Of a stretch of 64,000 nt of DNA, positions 9,663-20,417 are shown in pieces (position 1 is the first letter of the stretch; each line of letters opens with the position of its first letter). The notes below the pieces were generated by a model. It was given only the letters and a program-made list of their open reading frames with translations, was not told the origin of the DNA and ran no database searches. Made by a program: the position numbers and the translations under genes. The stretch is from an uncultured Planctomycetaceae bacterium (GTDB lineage: Bacteria > Planctomycetota > Planctomycetia > Planctomycetales > Planctomycetaceae), in the NCBI GenBank assembly GCA_963976765.1, contig CAXBME010000002.1, positions 1 to 64,000 of the forward strand. The letters run 5' to 3'.

Positions 9663-12038
9663 TCACAAAGCGTCGGCAACGTCGTCGTCAGCCGATCCGG
9701 GAATGATCAGGCCCAGACGCAGCATTTCTTCGACGAGCGATTTAGCCAGAGGGCCGGCGACAGACCCGCCAGAGCCTCCGTGCTCAAGAACCGCGACGAA
9801 GGCGATCTGTGGCTCTTCAGCAGGCACGTACCCGGCAAACCAGCCGTGGTCCCGCCCGGAACCTGTTTCCGCCGTGCCGGTCTTACCCGCGATGGAGACT
9901 TCTTTCATGAACACGTTTCGGTACCCCGTCCCACCGCGTGAGGCGACAACTTCTTCCAGGCCGGCTCGAACATACTTGAGAGTTCTCGCGGAAAGTGGCA
10001 CTCGTTCCTTCTGCGAATTGATCAGGATCTCTGTCGGCGTTTGACCGGAAGAATCCAGTGACCGGATCGCTCGAACGACTCGCGGAGTCGGCATGTCTCC
10101 ACCTGTCGCGACGGCCGCCATCAGCCGGACGATCTGAAGTGGAGTCACCGACAAGCGGGACTGACCGATGGCAAGCCCCAACGTGTCGCCATCGTACCAG
10201 GGTGATGGCGGGGCCTGACCATCACCCGCTTCGAGGCCCGACGCGGGTTCCTCGTAGTTCGCCAGCTTGATCGTCTGCTCGGGGCTCGGTCTGGGGAGAT
10301 GTCCGCCGCTTTCGAACGGAAGATCGATTCCTGTCGGACGCCCGAAGCCGAGCCGGTCCGACCATGCGACGAGCGGGCCGGCGGTCATTTTCTGACCGAC
10401 AGTGTAGAAGTAAACGTTACACGATTTGCAAAGTGCATCGACCAGTGAGACATCACTGTGTCCGACCCCGTAATGGCGATAGATGTAGCAACGGTGCCGT
10501 TGTGGTGTTTTCAGATAACCTCGGCAGAAGACCGACTCTTCCGGGTCCAGCGTTCCGTTTTCCAGACCCGCGATCGCCGTGAGTGTTTTGAAAACCGACC
10601 CCGGAGCAATGGCCATGCTCGTCACGCGAGGATACATCGGACTTCGTTTGTCGCGTTGCAGAGCCAGCCAGAGTTCCTCGTTGTGATTGACCAGAAGTCT
10701 CAGGTCGAATCTCGGAGCCGCTGCCGCGCACAGCAACTGTCCGGAGTGAATGTTGATCGCGACGAGGCAACCGCCTGTCGGTCTGGAAGTGGCAACCGAC
10801 TCTGCAAGTGCACGCTGAGCCTGCGTTGCCGATTCGTCACTGCCTTCCGGAAACCATTCGATCGGCGAGCTGCTGGTGGCCTTGTCGAGTAACGCTTCCG
10901 CGTGACGCTGCAACGGTTCGATCAGAGCGAGGTCGATGTCTGCTCCCGGCTGGGCCTGCCGAACGACCTCTCGCAGGATGATCTCGCCAGCCGAGTTCGA
11001 CACAATTCGTTCCAGGCCGCGCTGGCCTCGAAGATACCGGTCGTACGAACGTTCGACGCCTGTACGGCCTGTGCGGTCTCCGGCTTGTAGTTCCGAAACT
11101 TTCAGCGCTCGCACCGTTTCATCGTTCGCAGCCGCTGCAAGCTGTTTGACGTCCTCGTCATCGACCGGCTGCCTCGTACCAACGATGTGCGCAGCCAGTG
11201 AACCCTCGGGATAATCTCGTTCCGTTCGCATTTCGAAGTCGACGCCGGGGTAAAGTTCCGGACGAGTCACCACGGCAGCAACTTTCTCGTAGGGTAGATT
11301 CTCGGCGATGACGTGATAGTCGAATTCTTCCCGTACGGTGATCGGCTCACGGCGGCGACGTCTCGGCGGAGTCGTCAGCTCAGTGCAAATCCTTTTCCAG
11401 GCGGCCCCCAGAATCGTCTCCTTTTCCAGCTCTTCGTCGCGTCGTTGTTTTTCGGCGTTTGATTCTTCGTCCGCGCGCCGATCGCGATTCTGTTCAACGA
11501 GCCTGGCGATGCGTTCGACCCGTTCCTGTGTCCCGGAACGTCGCTCCGCAAACTCCTCATCCGATACACCAATGGCAGCAGCAAGACGAGCCCACATACG
11601 TTGTCGTTCTGCCAGAACCTCCTGCTGGGCGGCATCCACCCGCTCACGATCCAAACGTTCTTCCTTGCTGAGCCTTTCACGAGCCCGGGTTCTCAACCAC
11701 AACCCGTCAGCGGGTTCTTCCAGCCAGCGATAATGGACTTTCAGCTCGTACGTCGCGACGTCGCGAGCCAGTTCGCGGCCGTCAATCAGAATTCGTCCGT
11801 CGGTCGTCTCGACAGGCTTGAACGATTCCGTGACGCGTGACTCGAACCCGGTGATAAAGTCTTCTGACTGAAAAGCCTGGAGCGTGGCCAGCTTTCCGCA
11901 AACAATCAACAGCGGCCCGGCGATCAGCACGAAGAGTCCCAGCAGGCGGACGCCAGGGTTTTTATCCAGCCGGTACTCGTCGCGCAGGCCAGGCCCGCGC
12001 TCTGATTCGGAGAGGAAATTACCCGGTCGATTCAACAT
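9663..12038 (-). CDS. mrdA: class B penicillin-binding protein 2 (peptidoglycan D,D-transpeptidase)
   Basis: N-terminal TM helix; RDYPEGSLAAHIVG and GRTGVERSYD dimerisation motifs; PGSVFK (SxxK), SCN (SxN) and KTG catalytic motifs; follows mreBCD. Confidence 0.92.
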   Translation of the reverse strand: MLNRPGNFLSESERGPGLRDEYRLDKNPGVRLLGLFVLIAGPLLIVCGKLATLQAFQSEDFITGFESRVTESFKPVETTDGRILIDGRELARDVATYELKVHYRWLEEPADGLWLRTRARERLSKEERLDRERVDAAQQEVLAERQRMWARLAAAIGVSDEEFAERRSGTQERVERIARLVEQNRDRRADEESNAEKQRRDEELEKETILGAAWKRICTELTTPPRRRRREPITVREEFDYHVIAENLPYEKVAAVVTRPELYPGVDFEMRTERDYPEGSLAAHIVGTRQPVDDEDVKQLAAAANDETVRALKVSELQAGDRTGRTGVERSYDRYLRGQRGLERIVSNSAGEIILREVVRQAQPGADIDLALIEPLQRHAEALLDKATSSSPIEWFPEGSDESATQAQRALAESVATSRPTGGCLVAINIHSGQLLCAAAAPRFDLRLLVNHNEELWLALQRDKRSPMYPRVTSMAIAPGSVFKTLTAIAGLENGTLDPEESVFCRGYLKTPQRHRCYIYRHYGVGHSDVSLVDALCKSCNVYFYTVGQKMTAGPLVAWSDRLGFGRPTGIDLPFESGGHLPRPSPEQTIKLANYEEPASGLEAGDGQAPPSPWYDGDTLGLAIGQSRLSVTPLQIVRLMAAVATGGDMPTPRVVRAIRSLDSSGQTPTEILINSQKERVPLSARTLKYVRAGLEEVVASRGGTGYRNVFMKEVSIAGKTGTAETGSGRDHGWFAGYVPAEEPQIAFVAVLEHGGSGGSVAGPLAKSLVEEMLRLGLIIPGSADDDVADAL

Positions 12039-12113
12039 GAATTTTCTTTGCCTGACTTAGCTGAAACACCGGTTGCTGGCGAAGCGTTGTACATCTTCCA
12101 CGAAAGCTGATTG

Positions 12114-12620
12114 CTAGTGAGCAGGACTTTGCGCTGGCAGGATGGCTCGCTGGAACAATCGACCAACTGAAACACCGAACATTGTTAACAAAGCCGCGAA
12201 TGCTGACGAAGTTGCAATGCCTGCCAGTAGCTCGAACGGACTGGTGAATGAGATTCCCGCGAGCATTGAGAACGTCGCAACCAGCATTGCCATCAGACCC
12301 GCGCATCCAGAACTGACGACAAAGACTCGCGGACCGGTTTCCAGAAACTTCGGCGTGATGATCCGCTGAAGGATGCACGTTACCAGGATCGTCGCCGCGA
12401 TCATCAGCCCTGGGTGGTGATTCGAAACGGCGTCGATCATCAGACCGTAAACTCCGGCTGCCAGAATCGAGCCCGACCGCGAAGGCTGCGTCGCCAGCCA
12501 CGGAAGCAACATCCACACGAACGAGCCGTAAGGCGTCGCCAGTCCTGTTTCGGTCTGCAATGAAGTCTCGATAACGATGAGGACGTAGGCCGCAATGAGT
12601 AGCCCGACGGATCGAATCAT
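12114..12620 (-). CDS. mreD: rod shape-determining protein MreD-like membrane protein
   Basis: 168 aa with about 5 TM segments and a GLMID motif. Lies between mreC and pbp2 with an ATGA overlap with mreC. Confidence 0.75.
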   Translation of the reverse strand: MIRSVGLLIAAYVLIVIETSLQTETGLATPYGSFVWMLLPWLATQPSRSGSILAAGVYGLMIDAVSNHHPGLMIAATILVTCILQRIITPKFLETGPRVFVVSSGCAGLMAMLVATFSMLAGISFTSPFELLAGIATSSAFAALLTMFGVSVGRLFQRAILPAQSPAH

Positions 12621-13741
12621 GAGTCGCTGCCCCTCCGATGATTGGGGAGAATCCCGCCGCTCAATCGTGAATCAGGTTTGGTCGGGGCGCGACTCGTTAC
12701 GCCTCTCGGCGCTAATTGAGTCTCCGCGGAAGCTGGTGCAAAAGTCCTGTTCGGAACACTGGAATTGAAGTCTGTACTCAACTCGGGGACCACAATTTCT
12801 ACACGTCTCACACTGTTAACGTTGACCGCTGGTTCAACGGTGATCACCCAGTGCAAAGCTCCCGGAGACAGCTCGGCGGCAGCGACATGCCCGAACAGCA
12901 TCGGCGCATCAACGGCGTCTCGCGGCGGTGAGTAGACTGGCATGCCAACGTCGACCTGCTCAGTGGCCGGGATCTGGGCGAGTTCGCAAAAGCCATTCTG
13001 CTTCAGATCAGTACGGCCTTCGATAAGCCCTTCCACGCCGAATGAGAATTGAACGCCAGCCGCGTTCGGACCATCAACTCCGACCTGTGCGAGAACGGCT
13101 CTTGCTCGAAATCCCGGGTCGGTGATGTATTGCAGCGAGCTGGTCCAGCGACCGGCTTCGACGATGCGGCCGACAACGCAACGGCCAGCGAAGACTGGCA
13201 GTCCGTCCGCGACACTCAGATTAGAACCGGCCTGAACGATGGGAAGATCGCCGTTCAGAACCCAAAGATCAGAGGCGACGCCGTCAGTGTTGCCCTGGTC
13301 GAGAATTCGTCGCGACTTCACGTCAGACAGAATTTCCCGCCCCAGCACCGCAGCGCGGACGGCTCGAGGACGGATCATCGGCGGCGCGATCTCGACAGCG
13401 AACGGCGATGCGCCGTGACGTTCGACGGCTGCCAGTTGCTGACTTGCTGATTCGGCCGCCAGCAAAGCTCGTCGTTCGCGAAACTGGCTGTTTGCAACTT
13501 CGGTCCGAAGTTCGTCGAGTCGTTGTTGCTGGTCGGCAAGTTGCTGATCGATCGCGTTCCGCCATTTCGACTCGGCAGAAGCGACGATCGAGCCGACGAG
13601 TCGTTGCCCTGGCAAGATCCCCAGACGCACGATGTCGCGAATTGGCGATGTCGCGAAATCCGGCAGAACGGCAAACATCGCAGCGCCCAGCAGGCAGGCG
13701 GCGAGCACTCGGAAGGTGCCGGTGTTTTGCGATTCTGTCAT
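12617..13741 (-). CDS. mreC: rod shape-determining protein MreC
   Basis: TM helix plus coiled coil; ILDQGNTDGV, VVGRIVE, YITDP and VEPAVN motifs; directly downstream of mreB. Confidence 0.85.
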   Translation of the reverse strand: MTESQNTGTFRVLAACLLGAAMFAVLPDFATSPIRDIVRLGILPGQRLVGSIVASAESKWRNAIDQQLADQQQRLDELRTEVANSQFRERRALLAAESASQQLAAVERHGASPFAVEIAPPMIRPRAVRAAVLGREILSDVKSRRILDQGNTDGVASDLWVLNGDLPIVQAGSNLSVADGLPVFAGRCVVGRIVEAGRWTSSLQYITDPGFRARAVLAQVGVDGPNAAGVQFSFGVEGLIEGRTDLKQNGFCELAQIPATEQVDVGMPVYSPPRDAVDAPMLFGHVAAAELSPGALHWVITVEPAVNVNSVRRVEIVVPELSTDFNSSVPNRTFAPASAETQLAPRGVTSRAPTKPDSRLSGGILPNHRRGSDS

Positions 13742-13752
13742 GAGCCATCCCG

Positions 13753-14802
13753 TCAGGCGGCGTTTTCGATGGTCTCAAACCGGTCCTGCCACTCGCTGAG
13801 ATGTTCCAGGCAGATAGCCGCGCCGCGAGCCACGACATTCAACGGCTCATCGGCGATGCGGACCGGAATACCCAACTGCTCGTGCATCAGTCGGTCGATT
13901 CCTCGAAGCAATGCTCCACCACCGGTCAGGACCATGCCGGTATCGACGATGTCGGCGACGAGTTCCGGCTTGCAACGTTCGATGACTGACTTCACACAGC
14001 CGACGATCGCTTCGAGTTGCGGCGTTAAGGCCTCGCGAACTTCCTCGCTGGTCACAACGGCTTTGCGAGGCACGCCGCTGATCGTGTCCAGGCCACGGAT
14101 GTCGCTGGTCAGTTCCTGCTCAAGCGGGAAAGCACTACCGAGCCGAATCTTAATCTGCTCAGCCGTCTGAAAGCCGACCTTCAACGAGAACTGCTGTTTC
14201 ATGTAATCAACAATGGCCGCATCGAGTTTGTCGCCAGCGACTCGGACGGACTCGCTGACGACGATCTCTCCAAGACTCAGAATCGCGACGTCTGATGTTC
14301 CGCCGCCGATATCACAGACCATGCTGGCGATCGGTTCTGAAATCGGCAGACCTGCTCCGATTCCGGCTGCTCTGGATTCTTCGATCAGATATACACGTCC
14401 GGCCCCGGCACGTTCGGCGCTGTTGAAGACAGCTCGTTTTTCGACCGGCGTGATTCCGCCCGGCACAGCGATCACGACGCGAGGTCGCATGCCTTTAACG
14501 TGTCGGCTGGCCTTTTGAATGAAATAACGCAGCATGGCTTCGCACTGTTCGAAATCGGTAATCACTCCGTCTTTGAGCGGGCGTACCGCCGTGATTGATT
14601 CCGGAGTTCGACCGAGCATCTGCTTTGCCAGCTTGCCAACCGCGGCGCCCTTGCCGAGCACCCGGCGCGTGCCTTTCTGCAGCGCAACGACGGACGGCTC
14701 GTTCAGGACGATGCCTTCGCCCTGAATGATCACAAGTGTATTGGCTGTTCCAAGATCAATCGCCAGATCCGGACAGAGTCGTTGACGCACCCAGTTCAAC
14801 AC
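13753..14802 (-). CDS. mreB: rod shape-determining protein MreB
   Basis: AIDLGTANT, NEPSVVA, RPLKDGVI, DIGGGTS and LTGGGALL motifs; probable GTG start at 14802. Confidence 0.97.
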   Translation of the reverse strand: MLNWVRQRLCPDLAIDLGTANTLVIIQGEGIVLNEPSVVALQKGTRRVLGKGAAVGKLAKQMLGRTPESITAVRPLKDGVITDFEQCEAMLRYFIQKASRHVKGMRPRVVIAVPGGITPVEKRAVFNSAERAGAGRVYLIEESRAAGIGAGLPISEPIASMVCDIGGGTSDVAILSLGEIVVSESVRVAGDKLDAAIVDYMKQQFSLKVGFQTAEQIKIRLGSAFPLEQELTSDIRGLDTISGVPRKAVVTSEEVREALTPQLEAIVGCVKSVIERCKPELVADIVDTGMVLTGGGALLRGIDRLMHEQLGIPVRIADEPLNVVARGAAICLEHLSEWQDRFETIENAA

Positions 14803-15280
14803 GCTTGGTTGGCCATCCCTGGTCTGAAGTTGCAAACTCTCTGCGTAAATCAGCCTTGAATTACGCAGTTCTTCCGTTTCCGCCAGCCGATCATCCTGCG
14901 GCTGCGAACGCGAGCCCGGATTTGTAACCCCAACAGCGAAAACAGGGCAATATGGGGTTTCAGCGACTGCCTGATCGCCGCCCCCAACACCCGATGAGAA
15001 ACGACAGGTTCATCAGTCGAGTGGTCGCACTGGCTGTGCCAGTGCGGCATTCCCGGCAACCACGCATTTCAGAATGCATGTGCACACATTCTCAACAGAT
15101 TGGCCAGCATGTCCGCTCGCAGTCACACCATTCAGGAACAGATTCAAACTGTGTACCTGGTGAGACCTGCGTACGACAATTGAGAAACTCATAGCCCCGA
15201 AATATCAACGAGGAACTTTCCTGTTCCTCTCATGCGATTCCCACAAGCGGCATGGAAGTCTCGGTCGAATTATCAAACCT

Positions 15281-16621
15281 TCAGACCAGTTCGTTGATCA
15301 GTTCGCGATTTTCCAACAGGTAGCGAGGGCGACCGGCATTATCGGGGAAGGTAAGCGACGGATCGATTCCCAGGTGACGGTAGAGCAGAGCGAGAACGTT
15401 TTCCGGACGGTATGGAGATTCGATGGGGACTCCGCCGCTTGAATCCGAGGCACCGACGACCTGTCCGACTTTCAGATCGCCACCGGACAGCAGAACGCTC
15501 ATCACTCGGCCCCAGTGATCGCGCCCGGCGCTCTTGTTAACTCGCGGCGTTCGTCCAAACTCGCCCATCGCCACGACCATGACTTTCTGATGAAGCCCCG
15601 TTTCGTAGAGGTCTGTCACCAGCGAAGCAATCGCCTGGTCAAGTGCAGGACCTTTAGCATTCATCCGTTTTTCAATGCCGCTGTGGTCGTCCCAGCTGCC
15701 CAGCGTGTTAACTCGAACGGTGACGAAGGTGACTCCTCGTTCCACAAGACGCTTAGCCAGAAGAACGTTCTGGCCGATCGAGTTGCGTCCGTAGCGGTCT
15801 CGCGTCGCGTCGTCTTCTTCGTCGATGGCGAAGGCTTTGCGGGCGGCATCTCCGGTAACCATGTCGAATGCCTGGCGAGTGAATTCGTCGGTCGCTTCGG
15901 CGGCGCCATGGTTATCGACAATTCGGCGAGCGGCATCGAATCCAGAAAGAAGTTGACGACGGTCTGAAAGTCGGCTTTCGTCGATCCCCTTGAGCAAAGT
16001 CAGATTGGGGACTTCAAACCGCTTGTCGTCGGCGCTTCTGGATGTTTCCAGCGGGTTGTTTCCTTTACCCAGCCAGGCTGCCCGTCCATACCTCATGCTC
16101 TGCGGAACTGAAACAAAAGCCGGCACCCCCTGAGCATTGGCTCCACGTATCCGCATGGCGTAAGAACCGATGCTCGGCATCTCATTGTTACGGTTCTGAT
16201 TATCGTTGAGATAATAACCCGTCTGCGTCATGTGGCTGCTGGTGCCGTGGCTGCTTGAGTTGTGGTGAATCGACCGGATGACCGCGAGCTTGTCCGCGAT
16301 CGCCGCCTGCTTCGACATCAACTCGCAGAAAGAAAAGCCGGGCAGTGCTGTCGACACTGCGTTGAACGGACCTCGGTATTCGATCGGAGCGTTCGGCTTA
16401 GGATCGTACGTTTCGTGCTGCGTTGGTCCGCCTGCCTGCTCAAGATAGATAACTGCGGTGTCGAGCGAGCTGTCAATCTTTGATTCGGGTTCTGCAGCGG
16501 TTGCCGTCTGCAACTTCAGCAACTGCGGCATTGACAGCCCAATGATTCCGCCCAAACCAGCCTGAACAAGACCTCGTCGCGAAACTCCGTCACAGAATTC
16601 TTTACGAGTGCAGCGTGTCAT
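15281..16621 (-). CDS. DUF1501 domain protein
   Basis: CDGVSRRGLVQAG Tat signal; GGPTQHETYDPKP, WDDH, GEFGRTP and GRDHW motifs; start at ATG 16621. Confidence 0.93.
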   Translation of the reverse strand: MTRCTRKEFCDGVSRRGLVQAGLGGIIGLSMPQLLKLQTATAAEPESKIDSSLDTAVIYLEQAGGPTQHETYDPKPNAPIEYRGPFNAVSTALPGFSFCELMSKQAAIADKLAVIRSIHHNSSSHGTSSHMTQTGYYLNDNQNRNNEMPSIGSYAMRIRGANAQGVPAFVSVPQSMRYGRAAWLGKGNNPLETSRSADDKRFEVPNLTLLKGIDESRLSDRRQLLSGFDAARRIVDNHGAAEATDEFTRQAFDMVTGDAARKAFAIDEEDDATRDRYGRNSIGQNVLLAKRLVERGVTFVTVRVNTLGSWDDHSGIEKRMNAKGPALDQAIASLVTDLYETGLHQKVMVVAMGEFGRTPRVNKSAGRDHWGRVMSVLLSGGDLKVGQVVGASDSSGGVPIESPYRPENVLALLYRHLGIDPSLTFPDNAGRPRYLLENRELINELV

Positions 16622-16844
16622 CTGGTGAGCCCTTTCGATTGTAGCGGGAAAGGCAGAGGGGCGACTGGGGAGTCGAGGCGAGAGATCACGAAGATCCAAC
16701 GGGGGAGAACAGAAAACGTAATTCTTAGCGTACTTGATCGTCCAGCCCGTTCCACAACGATGATGCTAATCCGCCAGTTACGCTGCGATCGGCTGTCGCT
16801 ACACTGCCACACTCGAAACCGGATGTCTGACGGCAGGGTAACTC

Positions 16845-19595
16845 ATGGAACTTTCAAAACACTGCTTGATTGCCTCGGCACAATCTTCGCCGATAGGAAC
16901 CGTCGTGCTGGTCGCGGCGTTACTCACAGGTTGCGGTCGTACCGAGCCTCCGGCCGCGAGCAATCCTGTCGAAGAACAGGGCGCTGACGTTGCCCCCGCA
17001 GTGCTGGGCATCTTTGGCAACGAGCAACCGGCTGCTGAAGTTGTCCCCGTCTCGGCCGAAATCATCGACAACGAGAAGGCCGAACACGTGAACCGTCTCG
17101 CCCACGAAACGAGTCCGTACCTGCTGATGCACGCTCGCAATCCGGTCGACTGGTATCCCTGGGGACCGGAAGCGTTTGAAGCGTCGAAAACATCCGGCAA
17201 GCCAATCTTTCTTTCGATTGGCTACAGCAGTTGCTACTGGTGCCACGTGATGGAGCGACTCGTCTTCGAGAACGAAGAAATTGCGAAGTACATGAACGAG
17301 CACTTCATCAATGTAAAGGTCGATCGCGAAGAACGACCGGACATTGATGACATCTACATGACGGCCCTGCAGATTTACAACCAGCTCAGTGGCAACGGCG
17401 GTGGTGGTGGCTGGCCACTGTCGATGTTTCTGACTCCAGATGGAAAGCCAATCGCTGGTGGCACGTACTTTCCTCCGGAAGACATCGACGGTCGTACCGG
17501 TTTCCCAACACTTTGCCGGCGGATGATCGGTGCCTGGACGTCTCAGCGGGAAAGTATCGAGCAGGGGGCCGACACGATCACGCAGTATCTGCAGAAAGAA
17601 ATGGCTCCGGGTTTCTCGCTGGAAAAAGTGGAACTGACTCGCGAACTGGCCGACGCCGTTTCCCGATCCATCGTGCAGAGTCATGACCCGGAATTTGGCG
17701 GCGTCGACTTCCGTATCGAGAGCCCGGATTCGCCGAAATTTCCCGTGCCGACAAAGCTTGCCTTGTTGCAGTACGAAGTCGAGCACAACGACAACGCTGC
17801 CGCCGAACGAGTCCTCTATCACACGCTCGACGCGATGGCGGCAGGCGGAATCAGAGATCACCTGGCCGGAGGCTTTCATCGATACAGCACCGATCGGCAA
17901 TGGCTGGTGCCTCATTTTGAAAAGATGCTCTACGACAACGCACAACTGGCGAACGTTTATATCGACGCCGCGCGAGCCACCAACAAGGCCGAGTATCGTC
18001 GAGTGGCGGAAGAGATCATGTCGTTCATCCTGTCCGACATGACTGACGCGACCGGAGCCTTCCATTCGGCGATCGATGCCGAAACGGACGGAATCGAAGG
18101 CAAGTATTACGTCTGGTCGCGCGAGGAAGTCCAGCAGGCTCTGGGCGAACAGACCATCTTCTTCGGCCGGACGTACGGCATGACGCTGGAATCGCCGTTT
18201 GAACACGGCTACGTGCTGCACCTGCCTCGTTCAATTGAAGAAGTCGCTGCGGACGAAAAAGTCTCACCCAGAATCCTGCGAATGAAGCTTGAAGAATCTC
18301 GCGAACGCCTACTGAAAATTCGCAGTCTCCGAGAGCCACCCATCAAGGACGACAAGATTCTGACCAGCTGGAACGGGCTGATGATCAAAGCATTCGTCAA
18401 CGCTGGTGCGACCTTCAGCCAGCAGAAGTATCTGACGGCGGCGGATCGAGCGTTGATGTTCATCCTGTCGAACATGCGGGACAACGACGGGCATCTGCTT
18501 CGAACCTGGCGAGGTGGAACGGCCAAACTTCAGGCGTACCTTGACGACTACGCGTTTCTCGTGGAGGCGATGCTGGAAATGCACTCTGTTAGTCGAGATG
18601 AAAAATGGTTGAGAGCCGCGAGACGACTGACCGACGATCAGATAAGAATGTTCTACGACGAAGCGGCTGGCGGTTTCTTTTTTACAGCTCACGATCACGA
18701 AAAACTTTTATCACGAACAAAGAACGCCTGGGACTCGGTGCTTCCTTCAGGCAACAGCGTCAGCGTCCGGAATCTGATCCGGTTGGCATCGCTGACGGGC
18801 GAATCGTCTTACCGCGACCACGCGGCCAGCACGCTGAAACTGTTCGCTCCACAGATGAAAAGCAACCCGCGAGGCGCCAGCAACCTGGCGCTGGCACTCA
18901 ACGAGTTTCTCGCAAACAAGGACTACCGATCGCTGACCGACCGCGTTCGCGACAGCCAGGCGGCGGCTCAAAATCCGCCGACCGGCACCGCGCCATTGAA
19001 TCCCGACGCTGCCCCGACCGGACCTGCTCCGCGCGAGCTGCCATCGGTACCGCTTAAGCCCGAGGCGGATTCAACACCACCTGTCGTAAACGGCGATGAC
19101 ACAAAAGCCGCCAATCCAAAGAAAACTCCCGATCGAGTTACCGCAACAGCCTTCCTTTCCACAAGTAGACTTCCGGCCGGCGATCGATGCCGCATCGCCG
19201 TCATTCTCGAAGTTGAACCGGGCTGGCACATCAACACCAACCCGGCGTACCCCGACTTCCTGATTCCGACGACGGTTTCCATCCGTTCGGATCAGGGCAC
19301 AACGCTTGAGTCGCTGAAGTTTCCTCAAGGGAAAGACCTGAAGATCGAAGGCCTGCCCGAGGCGTACAAAGTTTACGACGGCAAAGTGACGATCTTCGGA
19401 GAGCTGGTCGTTCCGAAATCCGCCGCCGGCAAACAGGAAGCCTTCGAACTCCACATCCGCTACCAGTCGTGCGACGACGAACACTGCGAACGCCCCCGAA
19501 CGCTGAAGTTCGCCGGCTCCGTTCCCGTCGCTGAAATCGGCGAGTCCGTCCAGCAGATCAACCGAGCTGTTTTTAGAGACACGACACCGGAATAG
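16845..19595 (+). CDS. YyaL/SSP411-family thioredoxin-domain (DUF255) protein with lipoprotein signal and C-terminal DsbD-N-like domain
   Basis: LLTGC lipobox; [37 protein letters not shown] and [10 protein letters not shown] motifs; C-terminal GWHIN...YQSCDDEHC. Confidence 0.9.
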   Translation: MELSKHCLIASAQSSPIGTVVLVAALLTGCGRTEPPAASNPVEEQGADVAPAVLGIFGNEQPAAEVVPVSAEIIDNEKAEHVNRLAHETSPYLLMHARNPVDWYPWGPEAFEASKTSGKPIFLSIGYSSCYWCHVMERLVFENEEIAKYMNEHFINVKVDREERPDIDDIYMTALQIYNQLSGNGGGGGWPLSMFLTPDGKPIAGGTYFPPEDIDGRTGFPTLCRRMIGAWTSQRESIEQGADTITQYLQKEMAPGFSLEKVELTRELADAVSRSIVQSHDPEFGGVDFRIESPDSPKFPVPTKLALLQYEVEHNDNAAAERVLYHTLDAMAAGGIRDHLAGGFHRYSTDRQWLVPHFEKMLYDNAQLANVYIDAARATNKAEYRRVAEEIMSFILSDMTDATGAFHSAIDAETDGIEGKYYVWSREEVQQALGEQTIFFGRTYGMTLESPFEHGYVLHLPRSIEEVAADEKVSPRILRMKLEESRERLLKIRSLREPPIKDDKILTSWNGLMIKAFVNAGATFSQQKYLTAADRALMFILSNMRDNDGHLLRTWRGGTAKLQAYLDDYAFLVEAMLEMHSVSRDEKWLRAARRLTDDQIRMFYDEAAGGFFFTAHDHEKLLSRTKNAWDSVLPSGNSVSVRNLIRLASLTGESSYRDHAASTLKLFAPQMKSNPRGASNLALALNEFLANKDYRSLTDRVRDSQAAAQNPPTGTAPLNPDAAPTGPAPRELPSVPLKPEADSTPPVVNGDDTKAANPKKTPDRVTATAFLSTSRLPAGDRCRIAVILEVEPGWHINTNPAYPDFLIPTTVSIRSDQGTTLESLKFPQGKDLKIEGLPEAYKVYDGKVTIFGELVVPKSAAGKQEAFELHIRYQSCDDEHCERPRTLKFAGSVPVAEIGESVQQINRAVFRDTTPE

Positions 19596-19641
19596 CTGAA
19601 GTCGTAAGACTTCAGGCCCGAACTCCCGGGAGTCCGACTAC
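19592..19641. repeat. REP-like palindromic doublet (GTAG type) between convergent genes
   Basis: ATAG-CTGAAGTC GTAA GACTTCAG followed by the inverted unit CCGAACTC CCGG GAGTCCGA-CTAC. Confidence 0.6.
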
Positions 19642-19660
19642 GGCTCAATTTGCAAACCGA

Positions 19661-20137
19661 CTACTCGCCCTGCTCTCCACCTTGGCTCTGCATCCACTCG
19701 GCCATGCGCTCATCGATTTGCTCTGGACTCAAATCTTCGATGTGAGTCGAGACGGTCCAGACATGCCCGAACGGGTCAACAAGCGTTCCTGATCGGTCGC
19801 CGTAAAACTGATCCATCATCGGTCGCTTTTCCGTAGCGCCGGCCGCGATGGCTTGAGCAAAAACTTCGTCACAATTCTCGACGTACAGACACATGCCTGT
19901 ACCGGAATCACCAGGCACGGGCGGAGCACTGGCCATTTCGCAGGCATCAGCCAGCATCAGGTGCGAGTTGCCAATCGTCAGTTCCGCATGCCCGATCAAC
20001 CCACCCGGCATGTCCAGCTTCATCACTTCCTGAGCGTTGAAAGCTTTTTTGTAGAACTCGATTGCCGCCGTCGCCCCTTTACAGATGAGGTACGGAGTCA
20101 GACTGTGGTATCCCTCGGGAATCGGAGAAGCGCTCAT
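19661..20137 (-). CDS. VOC/glyoxalase family (PhnB-like) protein
   Basis: PEGYHSLTPYL, AIEFYKKAF, HAELTIG and DQFYGDRSGTLVDPFGHVW motifs. Confidence 0.93.
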   Translation of the reverse strand: MSASPIPEGYHSLTPYLICKGATAAIEFYKKAFNAQEVMKLDMPGGLIGHAELTIGNSHLMLADACEMASAPPVPGDSGTGMCLYVENCDEVFAQAIAAGATEKRPMMDQFYGDRSGTLVDPFGHVWTVSTHIEDLSPEQIDERMAEWMQSQGGEQGE

Positions 20138-20417
20138 AATGTGGTTCTCTGGGTGAATGTCAGGTCTTAATCCGCCGTCCTTCCCGTGAAGGCGGGAAAC
20201 CAGCCGCTACCAAAGAACTGGGTGCCCGCCCGCGGGTATGACGTCACTTGTCAAGCTTGCAGAATATCGCACAGACCGAGCCGTTGTCACCCTCCGGTCG
20301 CAGTTTAAATCGCCCGAAAACGAAGGAGGCTCCCGGGGCATTTACTGACACCCCGGGAGCTTGGCCGGCGACTTCGAAACGGTCGAGACGATGCCTGAGA
20401 CATCGCTCAAACCTACG

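Noticed and set aside
16920..18221. 433-aa antisense ORF; similar ones at 8075-9238, 3918-4760, 53920-54771 and 58864-60129
   Set aside because: These are shadows of well-supported genes on the opposite strand in GC-rich DNA and have no recognisable motifs.
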